64,000 nucleotides of DNA from Octopus vulgaris (GCA_951406725.2 OX597817.1:142538001-142602000), one strand, 5' to 3'. Positions 13,529 through 26,989 are shown, numbered from the stretch's first letter. Notes: generated by a model from the sequence alone, not told the origin. Program-made: numbers and translations.

Positions 13529-14576
13529 AAAAATGCATTTAAAAAAAAAATTTCTTCGGATTCTTACTTTTAATCCCCACCCTTACCTCTCCCCCATTAA
13601 AATTCTTGATTTTGCTTGCTTTAAAGAGATCGTAGCGAGTTGACGAACATGTGCAAATCGAAATTTAATGAGAGCACTCCGTCGGTTACGACGATGAGTG
13701 TCCCAGCTGATATGATCAACGGAACAGCCTGCTCGTGAAATTAACGTGCAATTGGCTGAGCACTCCACAGACACGTGTATCCTTAACGCAGTTCTCAGGG
13801 AGATTCAGCGTGACAGAGAGTGTGATAAGGCTGACCCTTTGAAATATCAGGTACTACTCATTTTGTTGCCAGCTGAGTGGACTGGAGCAAAGTAAAATAA
13901 AGTGTCTTGCTCTAGGACACAACGCGTCACCAGGAATCGAACTCACGACCTTACAATTGTGAGCCGAATACCCTAACCACTAAGCCACGTGCCTTCATCA
14001 AGTCGAAATTAAATACAGACAAAAACATTTAAGTGAAAAGAATTTGCGTTTTACTTGTGTTTATAATCGTAAATAATAATTTAATGTAAATTAAATATTC
14101 ACCATTTTATGAGAAACAAACATTAATATTTAATAATTAATCTCATAAAGTTTAATAAGGGGCTCAAATTTCACCCCCTCGTCCAATTTTAAATTTTGAC
14201 CTTTTTCATTCATTTATTTATTTGTCTGTCTATTTATCCCTGTCCGTTTATTCATAAAATATATTTGTCAACTAAATGTAACGGTCCTATAGAAGACAGT
14301 GTTACTGCTGTTTTTAGCCCCAGGAAGACATTTATATCTGTTTCTTTATACACCTACGTATATGCTTATAGAAATTAAAAATTTGAAAGCATGGTTTCTT
14401 GCATGTTTGGAATCTCCGTAATTTAAAACGTAGGAAAAAATTTCGAAGAAGTTCAAAATTGTAAATGGCGGAGGAAGGGAGGGGTTAAATTTTTTTTGTT
14501 TGTTTCTTGCATATTCGTAATCTCCTACATCTAAAACGTAAGAATCCGAAAATTTTTTTCCATAAAATGCATTTTT
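13529..14576. mobile_element. Old inverted-repeat element (probable DNA transposon relic) interrupted by a SINE
   Basis: aaaaatgcatttaaaaaaaaaatttcttcggattcttac (13529) vs gtaagaatccgaaaatttttttccataaaatgcattttt (ends 14576); second matching block ~13575-13612 vs ~14450-14487. Confidence 0.55.
13672..13996 (-). mobile_element. SINE family C' (CORE-like middle GTCC..GAGCAAGACACTT...CCACTCAGCTG)
   Basis: tRNA head on the minus strand at 13935-13996; 3' tail shared with family C; imperfect TSD TCGAAATT(T/A)AAT; homologues at 45718-46027 (-) and 57674-57982 (+). Confidence 0.85.
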
Positions 14577-17177
14577 CAAGATGAGGTGCGAAACTGCATT
14601 AACCCCCAACTGTTTGTGCCCTTACCGACTGGACATTATCTCAAAAGATGCACTGTGCGACGCACATGGATGTCTAAATGACTACACAGCAACGTGAAGC
14701 TTCATTTCACGTTGCTCGCGAACAAACCCATGAAGTAACTTCCGGTCTAGGAATCGCAACAACGATATTGCCATCATAGGTGCAACACTCTAACCACCAG
14801 GCCACGCGGCTTCACCTGCCAATAGGTAACTGTTATGCAATATTATTAAACACTTTTCCTCTGATATTTCTTCCACGTTCATATCTTCTGTGTGAATTAT
14901 ACTTTTATATTTCATTAACACTAAATTACTGTCTCTAGCCTCCAGGTTACAACGGAATAAAAATAAAAAGAACGGCCATCGGCAATTTCACATTCGCATA
15001 TTGTATACAAGCAAACTGAAAAGCAAACACTCACACTTGTGTACTCATATATAATTACCTGCATGTCTCTGGGCGTGCATTCGGGAAACTCTTTCACTAA
15101 ACGAAAGCAAATATATCTTCTACAAGATTAGTTTAGTATTTTAAATTACTTTGATAATTGCAATTTTGCAGGATTAATATAACAGTTTTAAAATACGCTA
15201 CGCAACATCTGTTAGAAATTAAAAGCAATTTCTCTATTTTTTCCTTCCAATGTGTATGCATCCGGGCACATTCATATTTGTGTGCATTCTGAAAACTCTT
15301 TTTAACGCGTGTGTGTGTGTGTGTGTGTGTGTGTGTTCATATATTCAGTCGCATTTGCTCCAAGATCCTGTATACCTACGAGCCAAACTCGGAGTAACCA
15401 GAAACTGGTTTCGCCAAAAATTAAAAAATATCATTCATTTCTACTACGATATCGACTCTTTACGTTCTAAGTTCAAATCTCACCGGAGTTGACTTTACCT
15501 TTCATTCCACGGGGATTCAATATAATAAGTTAAATACTAGGGGCAATGGGATCGACAAGCCCTACCCACGAAAATTGCTGGTCTTCTGACAAAATTCGAA
15601 AGAATTATTTTCTTTGATGTTATCAGTTTTCCTGTTGTTTGTCGCTGCCGCACGCGATTCGTTAAACGCCGCTTCAAATGTGATTTTTTTCCCCATTTAC
15701 TGAAGAAAATGTTTCTTTTATTCTATTTTTTGTTATTAACAATAGACTACAGAATATTTGAATGTCTTCCGTTTTGCCCTGAAGTACAAAAAAAAGGAAA
15801 TTATTCTTGCAAACATTTGTTTTAACTGTGTATTTCTGCCATCAGCCATTTGGAATATTTACACGCGTTTCAAAATGGCTGCCATAGAAGTAGCGGAAAG
15901 TGATGTTCACCTCATTGCTAGTAGCAGTAGTCTCCACCACATAAACAAACACTATCATATTATTTTCAAGCATTAAAAATGGAGACAATAGAAAAGTTAA
16001 ACACAAAGACAAACCTTGAAGCATAAATACAGCTACGTAATGGAAAACACACATACACACACACCAAACGGTTGTATTTAAACATTATTTAGAATTTTTA
16101 AAAAATTGCAGAAACATTACAGCATCAACAACAACAGGATTTTGTTTGAGTGCTAAGTGCACCAATCGTTGGACCGTCAGAAACAATGCTTTCCAGCATT
16201 CGTTCATATAGTTTATACTCTGAATTCAAGCAACGTGGAGGTCAAATATTCTTTTCATCTTTTCGGGATGCATAAGACTAGGTACTGATTGAATATTGGG
16301 AACGAAATAATCGACCAGTTTCGAAATAATCGACCAGAACACAACGCATCGCCCGTTCTGGAAATTGAACCCACAATTTTTTTCGATCATGAGTATAACG
16401 TCCTAACCTCTAAACCACGCGCCTCCACATCCGGCTCTACACTCTACCAAATCGATCCATAGCGCCATATTTTCGTTAGACATAAGCATGAACGAAAGAG
16501 TAAGGGGAGAGAATTAGCCTTCCTTCTGAAACGTACAGATGTTCTTATATAACATATTACGCTTATCTGATTCACATCTCTCGTTCATGTTTCTTCTCCC
16601 TTAATGATAAATATCCATTTTGTCACAATTATCATTCCTTTCATGATAAATGCTGACAACGCCTCACCAGTCTTCGCTTCAATACAATTTGCAAGCTATT
16701 ATATTTCATAATTTATGTATCCACCTGGTATTTCCACTATTCTATCAGCTAAATTATTTAAATGTCCTCTCCTTTTTCTGTTTACTGTCGTCACCTTTAT
16801 GTGTGAAATATGTACGTACTGATCATAAATATTCTTTAAAAGACGATTTTTCACGCAATATTCCGTTCTTATATTTTCCACAAAGCAAGCCATCAATCTT
16901 CCATCTATCATTTCAAGCTGCTATTTTTTTTGTGTTTTTTTTTTAGTTCTGTTTTGTTTTTCATTATATTACTAGAATCGGTAGAGCGTCAGAAGAAATG
17001 TTTTCTATATACTTTATGGTGTTCTCTTTCTTCTGCTTTCTGCATTCGACGCCTGTAGATGGGGAATTTGCTATTTATTGTTCCGGGGTTAATAAAATAA
17101 TTATCAGTCACATAACGAAGGCAATGTAACAAATGTTTCTTTCTACCAAAATATTGCTGTCAATTTTAATGCCATTC

Positions 17178-17211
17178 TTTTCTTCTTCTTCTTCTTCTTC
17201 TTCTTCTTCTT

Positions 17212-17279
<68 letters not shown>

Positions 17280-17440
17280 CCTTCTTCTTTCTCTCCTCGT
17301 CTTCCCCATCTTCGTTTTCCTCTTCTTCTTCCTATTATTATTATTATTATTATTATTATCATCATCATCATTATTATTATTATTATTATTATTATCATCA
17401 TCATTATTATTATTATTATTGTTATTGTTGTTGTTGTCGT
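17178..17440. repeat. Compound (TTC)n/(TAT)n/(CAT)n trinucleotide repeat
   Basis: Directly visible. Confidence 0.95.
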
Positions 17441-17636
17441 TGAATCGTTAGTACGCCGGGGGTAATACTTAGCGATATTTCATCTGTCGCTACGTTCTGA
17501 GTTCGAATCCCGCCAAGATCGATTTTACGTTTCGTCTTTCGGGGCCGATAAATTTAGTACCAGTTGCGTAGTGGATCGTTCAAATCGACTGGCTCCCTCC
17601 CCCAAAATTTCGGGAGTTGTGCCTAGAGTAGAAAAG

Positions 17637-17684
<48 letters not shown>

Positions 17685-18243
17685 GCAGAATCGTTAGTAC
17701 GCCGGACGAAATACTTAGCGGTTACATTCTCAGTTCAAATTCCGCCGAGGTCGACTTTGCCCTTCATCCTTTCGGGGTCGATAATTTATGTTAATTACCA
17801 GTTACGCACTGGAGTCGATATACTCGACTTAATCCTTTGTCTGTCCTTGTTTGTTCTCTCTGTGTTTAGCCCCTTGTGGGTAGTAAAGAAATAGGTATTT
17901 CATCTGCCGCTACGTTCTGAGTTTAAATTCCACCGAGGTCCACTTTGTCTTTCATCCTTTCAGGGTCGATTAAATAAGTACCAGTTACGCACTGGGGTCG
18001 ATATAATCAACTTAATCCTTTTGTCTATCCTTGTTCGTCCCGTCTGTGTTTAGCCCCTTGTAGGTAGTAAAGAAATAGGTATTTCATCTGTCGCTACGTT
18101 CTGAGTTCTAATTCCGTCGAGATCGACTTTGCCTTTCATCCTTTCGGGGTTGATAAATTAAGTACGAATGAAACACTGAGGTGGATGTAATCTATTAGTC
18201 CCCTCCCCATATATTGAGGCCTTGTGCCTCCAGCTAAAAGGAT
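17441..18243 (+). mobile_element. SINE family A cluster: one copy, (TAT)n, then a tandem trimer
   Basis: GTATTTC junctions at 17895 and 18079 (184 bp apart). Confidence 0.85.
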
Positions 18244-18330
18244 AACAATAATAATAATAATTATAATAATAATAATAAAAATAATAACAATAATAATAAT
18301 GATATGATGATGATGATGATGGTGATTATG

Positions 18331-18370
<40 letters not shown>

Positions 18371-18423
18371 CAATAATAAAAATAATAATTATAATAATAT
18401 TGATGATGATGATGAGGATTATG

Positions 18424-18475
<52 letters not shown>

Positions 18476-18912
18476 CAACAACAACAATAACAATAAAAAC
18501 AACAACAACAAAAGTAAAATCACCTAGCGTTTATATTCGTTATCAGCATCGTCAGTTTTCATTTTCATCCTCACCATTTTCGTCAGCGTTGTGATCTTCG
18601 TCATCATCATTATCATCTCCATCATAATTTCCCCACCACCACATCTATGATCATCAGCCTCTGTGTCAGGCTCGTCCTCATTACTAATCACCATCATCAA
18701 CATCAGCATCACCACCGTCGGTGATGATGTTGATCATCACCATCGGTGTCATCACTCCAGTCATATATAAAGGGCACAACCGCTTTGCGATAACTGATAT
18801 CAGTAACCATGGTGATAACCAAATTTCAATTGGTTTCCCGCTGGCCAACCACCTCAATTTCAACCCCCACCTCATCCCATCACATACACACACAAACACC
18901 ATCACCACCACC

Positions 18913-18943
<31 letters not shown>

Positions 18944-18998
18944 CCACCACCATCATCACCACCACCACCAACACCACCACCACCACCACCACCACCAT
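18242..18998. repeat. (AAT)n, (CAT)n and (CCA)n low-complexity field
   Basis: Directly visible. Confidence 0.9.
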
Positions 18999-19510
18999 CT
19001 TTCCAATCGTAATTTCTAACTTGAAATAGTAATTCTGTAATTGTTAACCAGTCTTAAAACATCCAAATCTGCAACTGTGTCGTATTCAAAGTCAATCCGG
19101 TTAATGTGATCTGTGACAGAAATAAACAAAACGTATCTAAATTTAGTTTATGAAGAAGACAAATGACTCTCTGAAACCGCCACGCTGTTTATGATGGCGC
19201 TTGTTAAAATAGATATCTGGACAACGTTATCATGTCTGGTTCACTGAGATATTTGGGTTATCTTGTCAAACATCTGACTTTCTGACAAAAAAAATAAGAA
19301 CGAAAAAAAAAAACCACCACAAGAGACGGATCTGTCAGTAGATTTACAATTATTGTGAACTCACAAGTGTAATACAAGGGCACACACACACACAAGAACA
19401 CACACATACACACACACACACACACATACACACACGCACACGCAGACACAGACACATGAATATTTGTGCATGTATGCTTATATGTATGAATCTAGAGATA
19501 TAACCTCCGC

Positions 19511-19566
<56 letters not shown>

Positions 19567-19693
19567 ATATAAATATGTGCATATATGTATTTGTATGTAT
19601 TTATGTAATGTAACTACGATGAATAATTAAAAACGAATCATAAGGTTAATACATACATACATATGTACATACATGCATACATACATATGTGTG

Positions 19694-19752
<59 letters not shown>

Positions 19753-19793
19753 GAAAGAATGGAGTTGAACGACGATTTAACAAAATTCCCTTA

Positions 19794-19876
19794 TTCTCGA
19801 CATATGTTTCGAAGACTGCATATTCCTAATTCCGAAGGAATAAGGGGTGCATTATGCCGCCTTCTCATCAGGAAAG
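19794..19876 (-). ncRNA. Type I hammerhead ribozyme motif with apparently intact core
   Basis: Minus strand: UUUC CUGAUGA GAAGGC-[~45-nt loop]-GUCUUC GAAAC AUAU GUC GAGA. Stem I UUUC/GAGA, stem II GAAGGC/GUCUUC, palindromic stem III ACAUAUGU, GUC cleavage triplet. Confidence 0.75.
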
Positions 19877-19970
19877 ACAAGGAACTTATGTCAGCATCAT
19901 GACGAACAAAAATTTTTAGATGACTGCCCACACGGAGTCCATAGTGATAATTATCTATATATATATAATA

Positions 19971-20056
<86 letters not shown>

Positions 20057-20184
20057 CGGCAGCGGGAAACTCATAGTAACAGGTTTTGTTGAATTTTCTG
20101 CTGCTTTAAATAAAGCATATTACTCTACCACTGGTATTTGAGTACTCTTTTTTCCACCTCGTTTCACATTTATGTGTTTACTCC

Positions 20185-20242
<58 letters not shown>

Positions 20243-20720
20243 TATTTATAGATAGACAGATCGATAGATAGATAGATAGATAGATAGATGCATATATGTG
20301 TGCATGTGGTGCCTGTGTCTGTGTGTCTGTGAGTGTATACACATATATATCCATATATACATATATATCCATATATGTGTGTCTGTGTTTGTATACATAT
20401 ATATGCATATATACGTGTATGTGCATATATAAGTGTATATGCAAATATTCATAATTACACATGTATACAAGTACATATACATGTTTGTATATACAAACAC
20501 AAACACATATGCTATACAGACACAAACTGAAATAGCTTCACTTCTCAATGAAATATTTACGATTTGTTTACCGAATCTAAATTTATGTATCCTACAGAAG
20601 CAAAGTCGATTATAAAATAATAGCGACATAGCACAGAAACATACATGCGCACGAAACACTTACACACATACACACACACACACGCGTATTATTATTGTTG
20701 AGGCGTGTATTAAAGGGGTG

Positions 20721-20757
<37 letters not shown>

Positions 20758-20809
20758 ATACATATATACTTACACACACAAACCAAATCTATATCTACAT
20801 CTACTTACG

Positions 20810-20910
20810 TAAATAGATGGATAAATAGATACATACATACATAGATGGATAGATAGATAGATAGACAGACAGACAGGCAGACAAACAGATAGATAGACAG
20901 ATAGACAGAC

Positions 20911-20984
<74 letters not shown>

Positions 20985-21034
20985 GCAGGCAGATAGAGAG
21001 AGAGAGAGATAGATAGACAGATAGATAGATAGAC

Positions 21035-21118
<84 letters not shown>

Positions 21119-21120
21119 TA
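20810..21120. repeat. (TAGA)n/(CAGA)n microsatellite
   Basis: Directly visible. Confidence 0.95.
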
Positions 21121-21520
21121 GAATATAATGGTTTAAGACTATCGTATGTAGCCGTCTCTGGTGAATGTGACATTAGCCATTAGAGAGAGAGAGAGATGAG
21201 GAGATTGTAAATTTCTCTCACAACGAAATTAGCAATATCCATTATTACGTCTACTTTATCACCCACATTTATATTTCCGTGTTACGTTTTTAAAAATATG
21301 AAGTAATCTTTGTCTGCCTTCAATAAATCACCTGAAACGATGGTTGAGCCGAGCATCCTGTGCGTTGTTACCGGATCTACATGAAATAGCAACCTGATAC
21401 ACCTCAAATTACACATTAATGTATTTAAAAATCAGGCAGCCTACGTTAGATAATCATGTTCCAAGGCTGAAATAAAAGCGAAAAACGGGATAATTACGGG
21501 TGTGACAACGATTTTCCATA

Positions 21521-21668
21521 TACATTATTTACATTATTTACATTAGACGGGATATTTGTCCTCTTCTTGTTTGTTGATAACACGTTTCGGCTGATATACC
21601 CTCCAGCCTTCATCAGGTGTCTTGGGGAAATTTCGAACCTGGATACTCATTCCTAAGGTATTTTTCGA

Positions 21669-21712
<44 letters not shown>

Positions 21713-21840
21713 TCACTGCCTGGAATTGAACTCGGAATCTTGAGGTTACTAGCCCGTGCTCTTAACCACTACGCCATATGCCCGTGGGCATATCCGTTTA
21801 ATGTAAATAATGTAAATAATGTAAGTAATGTAAATAATTT
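21521..21840 (-). mobile_element. tRNA-headed SINE-like element with a hammerhead-like motif and (AATGTAAAT)n tail
   Basis: Minus strand: A-box TGGCGTAGTGG, B-box GAGTTCAATTCC, (AAT)n, GACAC CTGATGA AGGCTG...CAGCC GAAAC GTGTT, then a 9-nt tail repeat; an inverted copy of the tail lies at 21790-21840. Confidence 0.7.
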
Positions 21841-22204
21841 CTCATCTCTTAAATATACAACAGCATTATCCTTTCCATATATCTAGCAAACGGAGTGCTG
21901 ATGTAGAGGTAAACAATACCGGCGACAATAACAACATCAGCAATATATGACACGAGGTGCTGGGTTGATATTATCTAGCAACAGAAGGCGGCGACTCGGG
22001 CGAAATACTTAGCGACATTACGCTTTGAGTTCGAATTCCATCGAGGACGACTTTATCTTTCATCCTTTTGGGGTTCGATAAAATAAGTACCAGTTATGCA
22101 CTAGGGTTGACGTAATCGACTTGTCCCTTCCTGAATTTGCTGGCCTTGTGCCAAAAATTGAAACCAATGTTATTGATTATATTGATTTCAAGTGTAAATT
22201 CTAT

Positions 22205-22369
22205 ACAGGCACAGGAGTGGCTGTGTGATAAGAAGCTTGTTTCCCAACCACATGGTTCAGGTTTAAGCCCCCCTGCATGGCACCTTGAGCAATTGACTTC
22301 TACTATAGCCTCGGGCCAACCAAAGCTTTATGAGTGGATTTGTTAGACGGGAACTGAAAGAAGCCTGTC

Positions 22370-22372
<3 letters not shown>
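22205..22372 (+). mobile_element. SINE family B 5' part
   Basis: GGCACAGGAGTGGCTGTGTG...GAAAGAAGCCTGTCG followed by (TA)n. Confidence 0.8.
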
Positions 22373-22419
<47 letters not shown>

Positions 22420-22422
<3 letters not shown>

Positions 22423-22670
22423 TCTCATGTTTGATCTTTGACCTCTGGCCGAAATCAGATCGCCATGTTGATTCGTTAGCTACTGCACGCATTTTTTTTC
22501 TCTCCTTCTTTCTGTGTTTTTTTTCTCTCTGTGTATCTTTCTGTTGAAGAGCGTAGGCTCGAAACGTTAAAGACTTGTTTTATTTATATTTCCTGAGCGC
22601 CATACTAATACAATTGTTCGTTTGTTTTCCACCTGCCTTCGTCTTTTGTCTATTTTCATAAAGCTTCCCG

Positions 22671-22672
<2 letters not shown>
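22420..22672 (+). mobile_element. Short repeat embedded in (TA)n carrying a variant minimal hammerhead (22536-22573)
   Basis: TCTTT CTGTTGA A GAGC GTAG GCTC GAAAC GTT AAAGA; homologues at 31358-31510 (-) and, truncated, 12407-12470 (-). Confidence 0.65.
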
Positions 22673-22709
<37 letters not shown>

Positions 22710-22784
22710 TGGTGAAAAATTCGTAGACAGTGCTCCAGTCTGGTCACGGTCTAATTACCGAAACAAGTAAAATATAAAAGGTAC

Positions 22785-22952
22785 CTGGCTGTGTGGTAAG
22801 AAGCTTACTTCCCAACCTCATGGTTCCAGGTTCAGTGCTGCAGCGTAGCGTGGCACCTTGGGCAAGTGTCTTCTACTACTATAGCATCGGGCCGACCAAA
22901 GCCTTGTAAGTGGATTCAGTAGACGGAAACTGAAAGAAGCCCATTGTGTACA

Positions 22953-22999
<47 letters not shown>

Positions 23000-23140
23000 T
23001 TGTGTGTCTGTGTTTGTCCCCTTACCATCGCTTGACAACAGATGTTGGTGTGTTTACATCCCCGTAATCTAGCGGTTCGGTAAAAGTGACCGAATAGAAT
23101 AAGGACTAGGCTTACAAAGAATAAGTGCTGGGGTCGATAA
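22785..23140 (+). mobile_element. SINE family B near-full copy
   Basis: Head, internal (TA)n and ...GAATAAGTGCTGGGGTCGAT; a diverged opposite-strand copy lies at ~23500-23890. Confidence 0.8.
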
Positions 23141-24251
23141 TAAAAACATCTAAATATGATACATCACGAATATTGTTCAAACTGAAGTCCTTTCTGGAGC
23201 GACACATTTTCCCATTCAAGTCAGTACAGAATTACAGAATAGTATTTACGGAATTTTGGTTTACTGACGGGTAACTTTTGGGCCAACACTGTACTCTACG
23301 ATGTATAGCCGTACATAAGTCATTTCTGATTGACAAAAAGCTTGATAATGATGGCTGAAATGTCTTTAAACATAGGTCGTCTCCATCAAGACTAATCTAA
23401 GTTACATCAGCAACAGCAACAAAAGCAACAAACATGTAATGAGTCGAGGATTCAACTTGGCATCCTCTCTCTGTAAGCGTCTTTATATATTTTTCATCTT
23501 TTTACTTATATCACTCATTGGGCTACGACCATTCTGGAACACCATTTTGGAAGATGTTGGTCGAACAAATTGACCCCAGACCGTGTTACTTTTTAAAGCC
23601 GGGTACTTGTTCTATTTGCTCTAATGCCGAACCGCTAAGTTACAGGAACGTAAAGAAGCTAACACCGGTTTTCAAACGGAACGTGTGGCTAATACAGCTA
23701 CAAACGCACACGCACGCATATTTATACAAACGACCGGCTTCCGCATAGTTTCCATTTATCAGCGTCTTTCACAATGCATTGGTCAGACTAGGGCTATAGT
23801 AGAAGACACTTGTTCAAGATGACGTCTAGTGAAACTGAACCCGAAACCACGTGTTAGCAAAGCAAGCTTCTCATCCACCCAACCAGCCCTCGGCAATTTA
23901 AAGTAATTTGCATACATTTAATATGGAGAAGAAAAGTGAGGTTTTCAAGTTCTTGAACACGACTCCATCAGTGAGACGAGAAAAATATTGTCCATGCGTA
24001 ATTCCGTTCAAGGCAGGCAGGGGCGGCAACTCCGAAATCTCAAATGAGGAAAATTTCAAATGACTCATACGTTGAGAAGAGAATGTTAACACAAGGGTTA
24101 ATATTAATTCAGTGAATATCGAGAATATAATACGCGGAGTGTGCAGAATTGGCAATTAGTATTCGTAACATACAGCATATAAATTAATTAATTCTATGCG
24201 ATTAATTGCATGAGAGAAAAGAATTGCTGCATGAACTCTGTCTCTGTCTCC

Positions 24252-24294
<43 letters not shown>

Positions 24295-24378
24295 CTCTAA
24301 ACACACAGGCACACTCACACACAGACATATACATTCGTAGATACACACACACACATACATACATACATACATACATAC

Positions 24379-24441
<63 letters not shown>

Positions 24442-25139
24442 TAATTGTGTGTATATATATATATTAATGTAAGTATGTATATATACATATACATATATAT
24501 ATATACTGGTGTGCGGGTGTGTGTACGTGTGTCTGTATACGTGCGTGTGTTTGTATACGTGCGTGTGTATAAGGAAGGAGAGAGCGAGAGAGCGAAATAT
24601 ATTGGTATGAAATTAATTCTCAAGTTCTCTAGCGTGTTGCGTCATTTTCATTGTATCTTAAAGCATTAATAAGCGGAAACTGGAATATTAAACTATCGTA
24701 AGATTACAGATTCACGTGAGGTAGACAAATAGCTTCTTGTTGTTGCTTAACCCTAGGTCCACTATGATTGATCATACACAGAATCATCGGTTGTGGCCGT
24801 CCGTTCTAATTTTGGTAATATTTTTTTTTACTACCATAAATTCTGAACCGTAACTTAACATACACCTTTTCGAAATGTTGTGTAAGAATAACCGAAACAT
24901 ATGCATATTGTGTTCTACATCGGTTTGTTGGTCTTGTAATGCCTAAAGATAATATGTTCTTTTGAAAACTGGTCTTATTTCATCATTTTGTGTTGGCACC
25001 AAGAAATTTGATAAAAGCTAAATTGTAATTATTGAATATCTGCTATGCTGCCTGTTATAATCCACCAAAGTTAGCCATCATATGACGAATAATACTAGTT
25101 TTTTAATAAACTATTGTGGTGGCAATCCGTCGGTTACGA

Positions 25140-25490
25140 CGACGAGGGTTCCAGTTGATCCAATCAAGCGAAGAACCTGCTCGTGAAATTAACGTGCAAG
25201 TGGCTGAGCACTCCACAGAGACGTGTACCCGTAATGTAGTTCTCGGAGAGATTCAGCGTGACACGGCTGGTTCCTCTTGAAATACAGGTACAACAGAAAG
25301 AGGAAGGAAGACTGAGAGAAAGTTGTGGTGAAAGAATATAGCAGGGTTCGCTACCAACCCGTGAAGGAGTCTCGTGGAGATTTTACGTGTTTTCGCTTAA
25401 TAAACACTCACAACGTCCGGTCGGGGAAACGAAACCGCGATCCTATGAATGCGAGTCCGCTGCCCTAACCACTGGACCATTGCGCCTCCA
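25140..25490 (-). mobile_element. SINE family C full copy
   Basis: Reverse complement of the 5900-6247 and 30117-30490 copies. Confidence 0.85.
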
Positions 25491-26079
25491 GTAAACAACT
25501 GTACTAGACAAGTATTATCATCGATTTAATTGTAAACCTTACGTCAATGAAAAAATAATCCATATTAAAATCAAACTTCAATTCTATTCGTACTTCGACA
25601 AAATTAGTTATTCATTTTAACTTTTCGTTTTTAGCTTTTTATTAACAAAGTTTTCTATGAATATCGATCACAAAATACATGTGCAAATGTCGATTGTAAT
25701 CAATACAGAGAATACTAATATTACCTTTACAATATTGCACCTGGCTTTAAAAAAAAAAAAAAAAAAAACTAAACTAATTCAGAATTCATAATAGGTAATA
25801 TTTCATTTGAAAATATTTCCATTATAAACCGTTGTTAGAGTTCGTTATGGCTTCATGTCTTTCTTTAAATTTACGTTGCTTTATTTATTCTCTTCTTAAT
25901 CATCCGTATTCTGATCTTCATTCTGATGGAGGAATTGGATTTTCTGGGGAGGGGATTCCTTTAATTTCCGAAATCGTCTTGCAGTTAAGATTTATTACCT
26001 AGGATTATCTTTTTCCTTATTTCAGTCTTTCGACTGCGGCCATACTGAGGCATCACCTCGAATCGACCGCAGTACTTAT

Positions 26080-26583
26080 ACAAATTCCGCTAAGGTCGAC
26101 TTTGCCTTTCATCCTTTCAGGGTCGATAAATGAAGTACCAGTTACGCACTGGGGTCGATGTAATCGACTTAATACTTTTGTCTGTCCTTGTTTGTCCCCT
26201 CTGTGTTTAGCCTCTGGTGAGTAATAAAGAAATAGGTATTTCGTCTGCCGCTACATACTGAGTTCAAATTCCGCCGATGTTGACTTTGCCTTTCATCCTT
26301 TCAGGGTCGACAAGTTAAGGACCAGTTACGCACTGGGTTCGATGTAATCGACTTAATCCGTTTGTCTGTCCTTGTTTGTTCCCTCTGTGTTTAGCCCCTT
26401 GTGGGTAGTAAAGAAATAGGTATTTTGTCTGTCTTTACGTTCTGAGTTCAAATTCCGCCGAGGTCGACTTTGCCTTTCATACTTTCGGAGTTGATAGATG
26501 AAGTACCAGTTGTGTACTGGGGTTGATCTAATCGACTTGGTCCCTCCCCAAAAATTTCGTGCCATGTACCTGGACTAGAAAAG
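26080..26583 (+). mobile_element. SINE family A tandem trimer (headless)
   Basis: Junctions at 26236 and 26420 (184 bp apart); terminal CTAGAAAAG tail. Confidence 0.85.
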
Positions 26584-26989
26584 GAGCAGACATTAGGGAT
26601 AACACTACTATTTCATCCCAAACTGCTTTCGGCATTTATTTATTGTTTTTTTTTGTTTCTGCCTTTTTTTTTTTTTGTAATTATTCACCTCCAAATTTAG
26701 CTTTAATTGGCTTCATTAAGATTTGATTTAATACACAGCAACTAATTTCACCTTTGACTCTTTTTTATGAATTTCGAATAATTAATTGTTGTCCTTTTAA
26801 CTTTTGTTAATTAGTTCTTTAAGTAATAAGCTTTCCCATTCATATATTTAATAATCTTTTGACATACTTAGTTTATTTTGAAATAATCCGTCGTAAATCC
26901 TCATTAATCCATATAAAATTAAGGTTACTTCTTACTTAGCATTCATTGTTGATTTAAAAGAGCTCTGCACGTTTTGTTTTCACGGGCGC

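Noticed and set aside
18809-19012. Poly-proline/extensin-like ORF
   Set aside because: A reading of the (CCA)n tract; no splice or domain support.
25915-25985. CTGATGG-AGGAATT...AATTTCC-GAAATCGTC
   Set aside because: Core deviates at several positions and stems I/III are unconvincing; possibly a decayed hammerhead repeat but unsupported.
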